Shown: positions 43,144-44,868 of the stretch, one piece after another
Numbering within the stretch: the stretch's first letter is position 1
Layout of the letters: each line of letters opens with the position of its first letter
IMG/VR virus record: IMGVR_UViG_3300045988_145891
Direction: 5' to 3' (one strand)
From: a virus
DNA: 44,868 bases
The notes under the pieces: model-generated
The model's database searches: none
Told to the model about the DNA's origin: nothing
Seen by the model: the letters and a program-made list of their open reading frames with translations, nothing else
Program-made: the position numbers and the translations under genes

Positions 43144-44868
43144 TCCTCTCCTGGTTTAAATTCTATTTCGGTTGCTTGAATTTCAAGCTCTTCTGTATTT
43201 TCTTTTGTTTCTAATTCTATATACATAGCATCTTTTAAATTTTTAGAGAAAACTACTGTATAAACATTATATACACCTTGCACTGTTTCTCCAAGTAATG
43301 AAGCATATATTCCACTTAACTTAACATTATTGACACTATCTCCTTGTTCTTCAAATAATTTCATTGTTAGTCTAGTAATCATAGTAGGAGTATCGTTTCT
43401 TAGGTTACCATACTTAGTAGTAGTAACAGGTGGTGCATTTAATTTAAGATAAGCATTTCTCATATTATTTTCAGTAAGAGTATATATTGAGTTTCCAGCA
43501 AATAAGCTAGTATCAAAACCTATACAATTTTGAGGAAATTCAACTGACACTCTACTAAAACTGTTAGTCTTAACTTCTGAATATAAGTAAGCTCCAATAT
43601 TATATTCTGATATTCTTGTACTATTCTTAAGTGAAGCTAACAGATATTTTTTATTATCTATTTTATGTTCTGATAATCTAACTATATCATCTGTACTGAA
43701 AAACTTATCAACAAAGTATGTATCAAAGTCAACATAACCTTTAGTTGATGTGATATTCTGAATACATTTCAACTCATTGTCAGTAGTTAGATAATATAAG
43801 CTATTTCCAACTAATTGACATTCAGTAGTAGCACTATCATCAGTAATTAACCTAACATCAATAGTAGCTCCTGTTATTACTTGGTTATACCCTAATAAGA
43901 ATATTCCTTTATCAGTAATTACCCAAATACCTCTACCAGCTATCATCTTAAGCACTCTAGGTTCTTCTCTATTGACATTTGACAACTTAATAAAAAAGGC
44001 ATCTGATGTTCCGCTATCATTTAAGAAATAATTATAATCTCCTACCCTGCTAAAATAGATATAAGAGCCGTCAGACACTATCATTCTATTCTGATATTCT
44101 AAAGCTATTTGAAAGGCTGTATCGTTGTTTAATGACTTCATAAGCCCAAAGTTAAGAAGTTGTGTTTTACCAAGTGTTCCTTCTCCTAAAGTTACTTTCT
44201 TGTAATAAGTTCCTGTTGTGTCATTAGTTTTCTCGTCAAATGTTATCTCTTGATTACCTAAATACCATTTACCCCCTTCTACTGTTTCTGGGTCGTATAT
44301 TGATACAAAATACTCATTTTCTTGAGCTTCCATAGGTGTAACATTGACTAAGTCAGTTCTATACGGATAGAATATTCTAGTTAAGTTTAAATCTGTGTTA
44401 TATCTAAATTTAAGTAATTTTTCCTCAACACTAAACTCTTGATTTTCAGTAGTTGACACCTTAAAAGCTCTAAGTTCTTTTTTACTTTCAGTAATCAGCA
44501 TATTTCTAACTTGATAAATATCAACCTTAACCTTACCTCTATTCTTAATAGGATTTCTAATACTATTAGCAAAATCAGCATTAATACCAGTTCTACCATC
44601 TGAATTTATCTCATAGTCTAATCTCTTAGTAGTAGTTCCATTAGTAACAGGTACTAATAAGAATTTATCTATTAATACTGCTCCGTTGGAATTTCTAGTA
44701 AATGTAAAGCTATCTCCAAAATCATATTTATTCTTAATTGTATGAGTTATCTTATCCACTGTTGCTATTCCTGTTGTAGTAATTAAGATATAAAAATTAT
44801 ATTTAGTATTAATCACTTGTTGAATATCAATATCTTCTTGAATAACTTTAGGTTTCATTTTTCTTAAC
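43140..44868 (-). CDS. Tail tubular protein B-like (T7 gp12-like nozzle), C-terminal 572-aa portion as seen in the linearised window; the gene continues through the junction to 228
   Basis: Follows the gp11-like gene. Large beta-rich protein. In-frame continuation across the 55-bp terminal overlap. Confidence 0.45.
   Translation of the reverse strand, partial: LRKMKPKVIQEDIDIQQVINTKYNFYILITTTGIATVDKITHTIKNKYDFGDSFTFTRNSNGAVLIDKFLLVPVTNGTTTKRLDYEINSDGRTGINADFANSIRNPIKNRGKVKVDIYQVRNMLITESKKELRAFKVSTTENQEFSVEEKLLKFRYNTDLNLTRIFYPYRTDLVNVTPMEAQENEYFVSIYDPETVEGGKWYLGNQEITFDEKTNDTTGTYYKKVTLGEGTLGKTQLLNFGLMKSLNNDTAFQIALEYQNRMIVSDGSYIYFSRVGDYNYFLNDSGTSDAFFIKLSNVNREEPRVLKMIAGRGIWVITDKGIFLLGYNQVITGATIDVRLITDDSATTECQLVGNSLYYLTTDNELKCIQNITSTKGYVDFDTYFVDKFFSTDDIVRLSEHKIDNKKYLLASLKNSTRISEYNIGAYLYSEVKTNSFSRVSVEFPQNCIGFDTSLFAGNSIYTLTENNMRNAYLKLNAPPVTTTKYGNLRNDTPTMITRLTMKLFEEQGDSVNNVKLSGIYASLLGETVQGVYNVYTVVFSKNLKDAMYIELETKENTEELEIQATEIEFKPGEE

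Overview
The window is a complete, circularly assembled ~44.8 kb genome of a low-GC (about 28-30% GC) podovirus-like phage. Its first 55 bp repeat exactly at the 3' end (1-55 = 44814-44868), so one gene is split across the junction. Transcription is organised as follows: (1) A ~26 kb minus-strand late operon runs from 16768 down through coordinate 1 and wraps to 35602. It encodes putative terS, terL, portal, scaffold, major capsid, a 1118-aa tail fibre with C-terminal SGNH esterase, a 660-aa pectate-lyase-type tailspike, membrane proteins, a lysis cassette (ComEA-like membrane HhH protein, single-domain peptidase M15 endolysin, small holin), then a T7-like tail and ejectosome set (gp11-like 198 aa, gp12-like ~633 aa, gp14-like 209 aa with TM, gp15-like 676 aa, gp16-like 1610 aa). 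(2) A minus-strand early-left operon runs 27286 down to 20632: Sipho_Gp157-like, Erf-family annealing protein, a SpoVG-like protein with SSB-like acidic tail, HNH-like, DUF3310 and several zinc-ribbon proteins. (3) A plus-strand early-right operon 27429-35544: wHTH and XRE regulators, AbrB-like protein, replisome organiser, DnaB-like helicase, HNH-AP2 homing-endonuclease-like protein, DUF1064 nuclease, dimeric dUTPase-like protein. (4) A plus-strand island 17690-20081: a strongly acidic 199-aa protein and a DnaN-like sliding clamp. There is no integrase or repressor module, no phage RNAP, no tRNA and no CRISPR array. Promoters are sigma70-like (TTGACW-N17-TGnTATAAT) with a recurring TAAGTGATAT-AT extended -10 motif, and operons end in clear rho-independent terminators. 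Notable oddities: a frameshifted membrane/coiled-coil gene at a T6 run, an antisense RHH gene with bidirectional terminator splitting the late operon upstream of the lysis cassette, a promoter-plus-terminator-bounded ~160 nt putative sRNA, tandem and dispersed ~28-58 bp repeats, an AT-rich moron between terL and portal, and a ~920 bp non-coding region with a G-rich patch and a G-depleted CTA-rich tract (candidate pac/ori). All family assignments rest on motif recall and synteny; none could be checked against a database.
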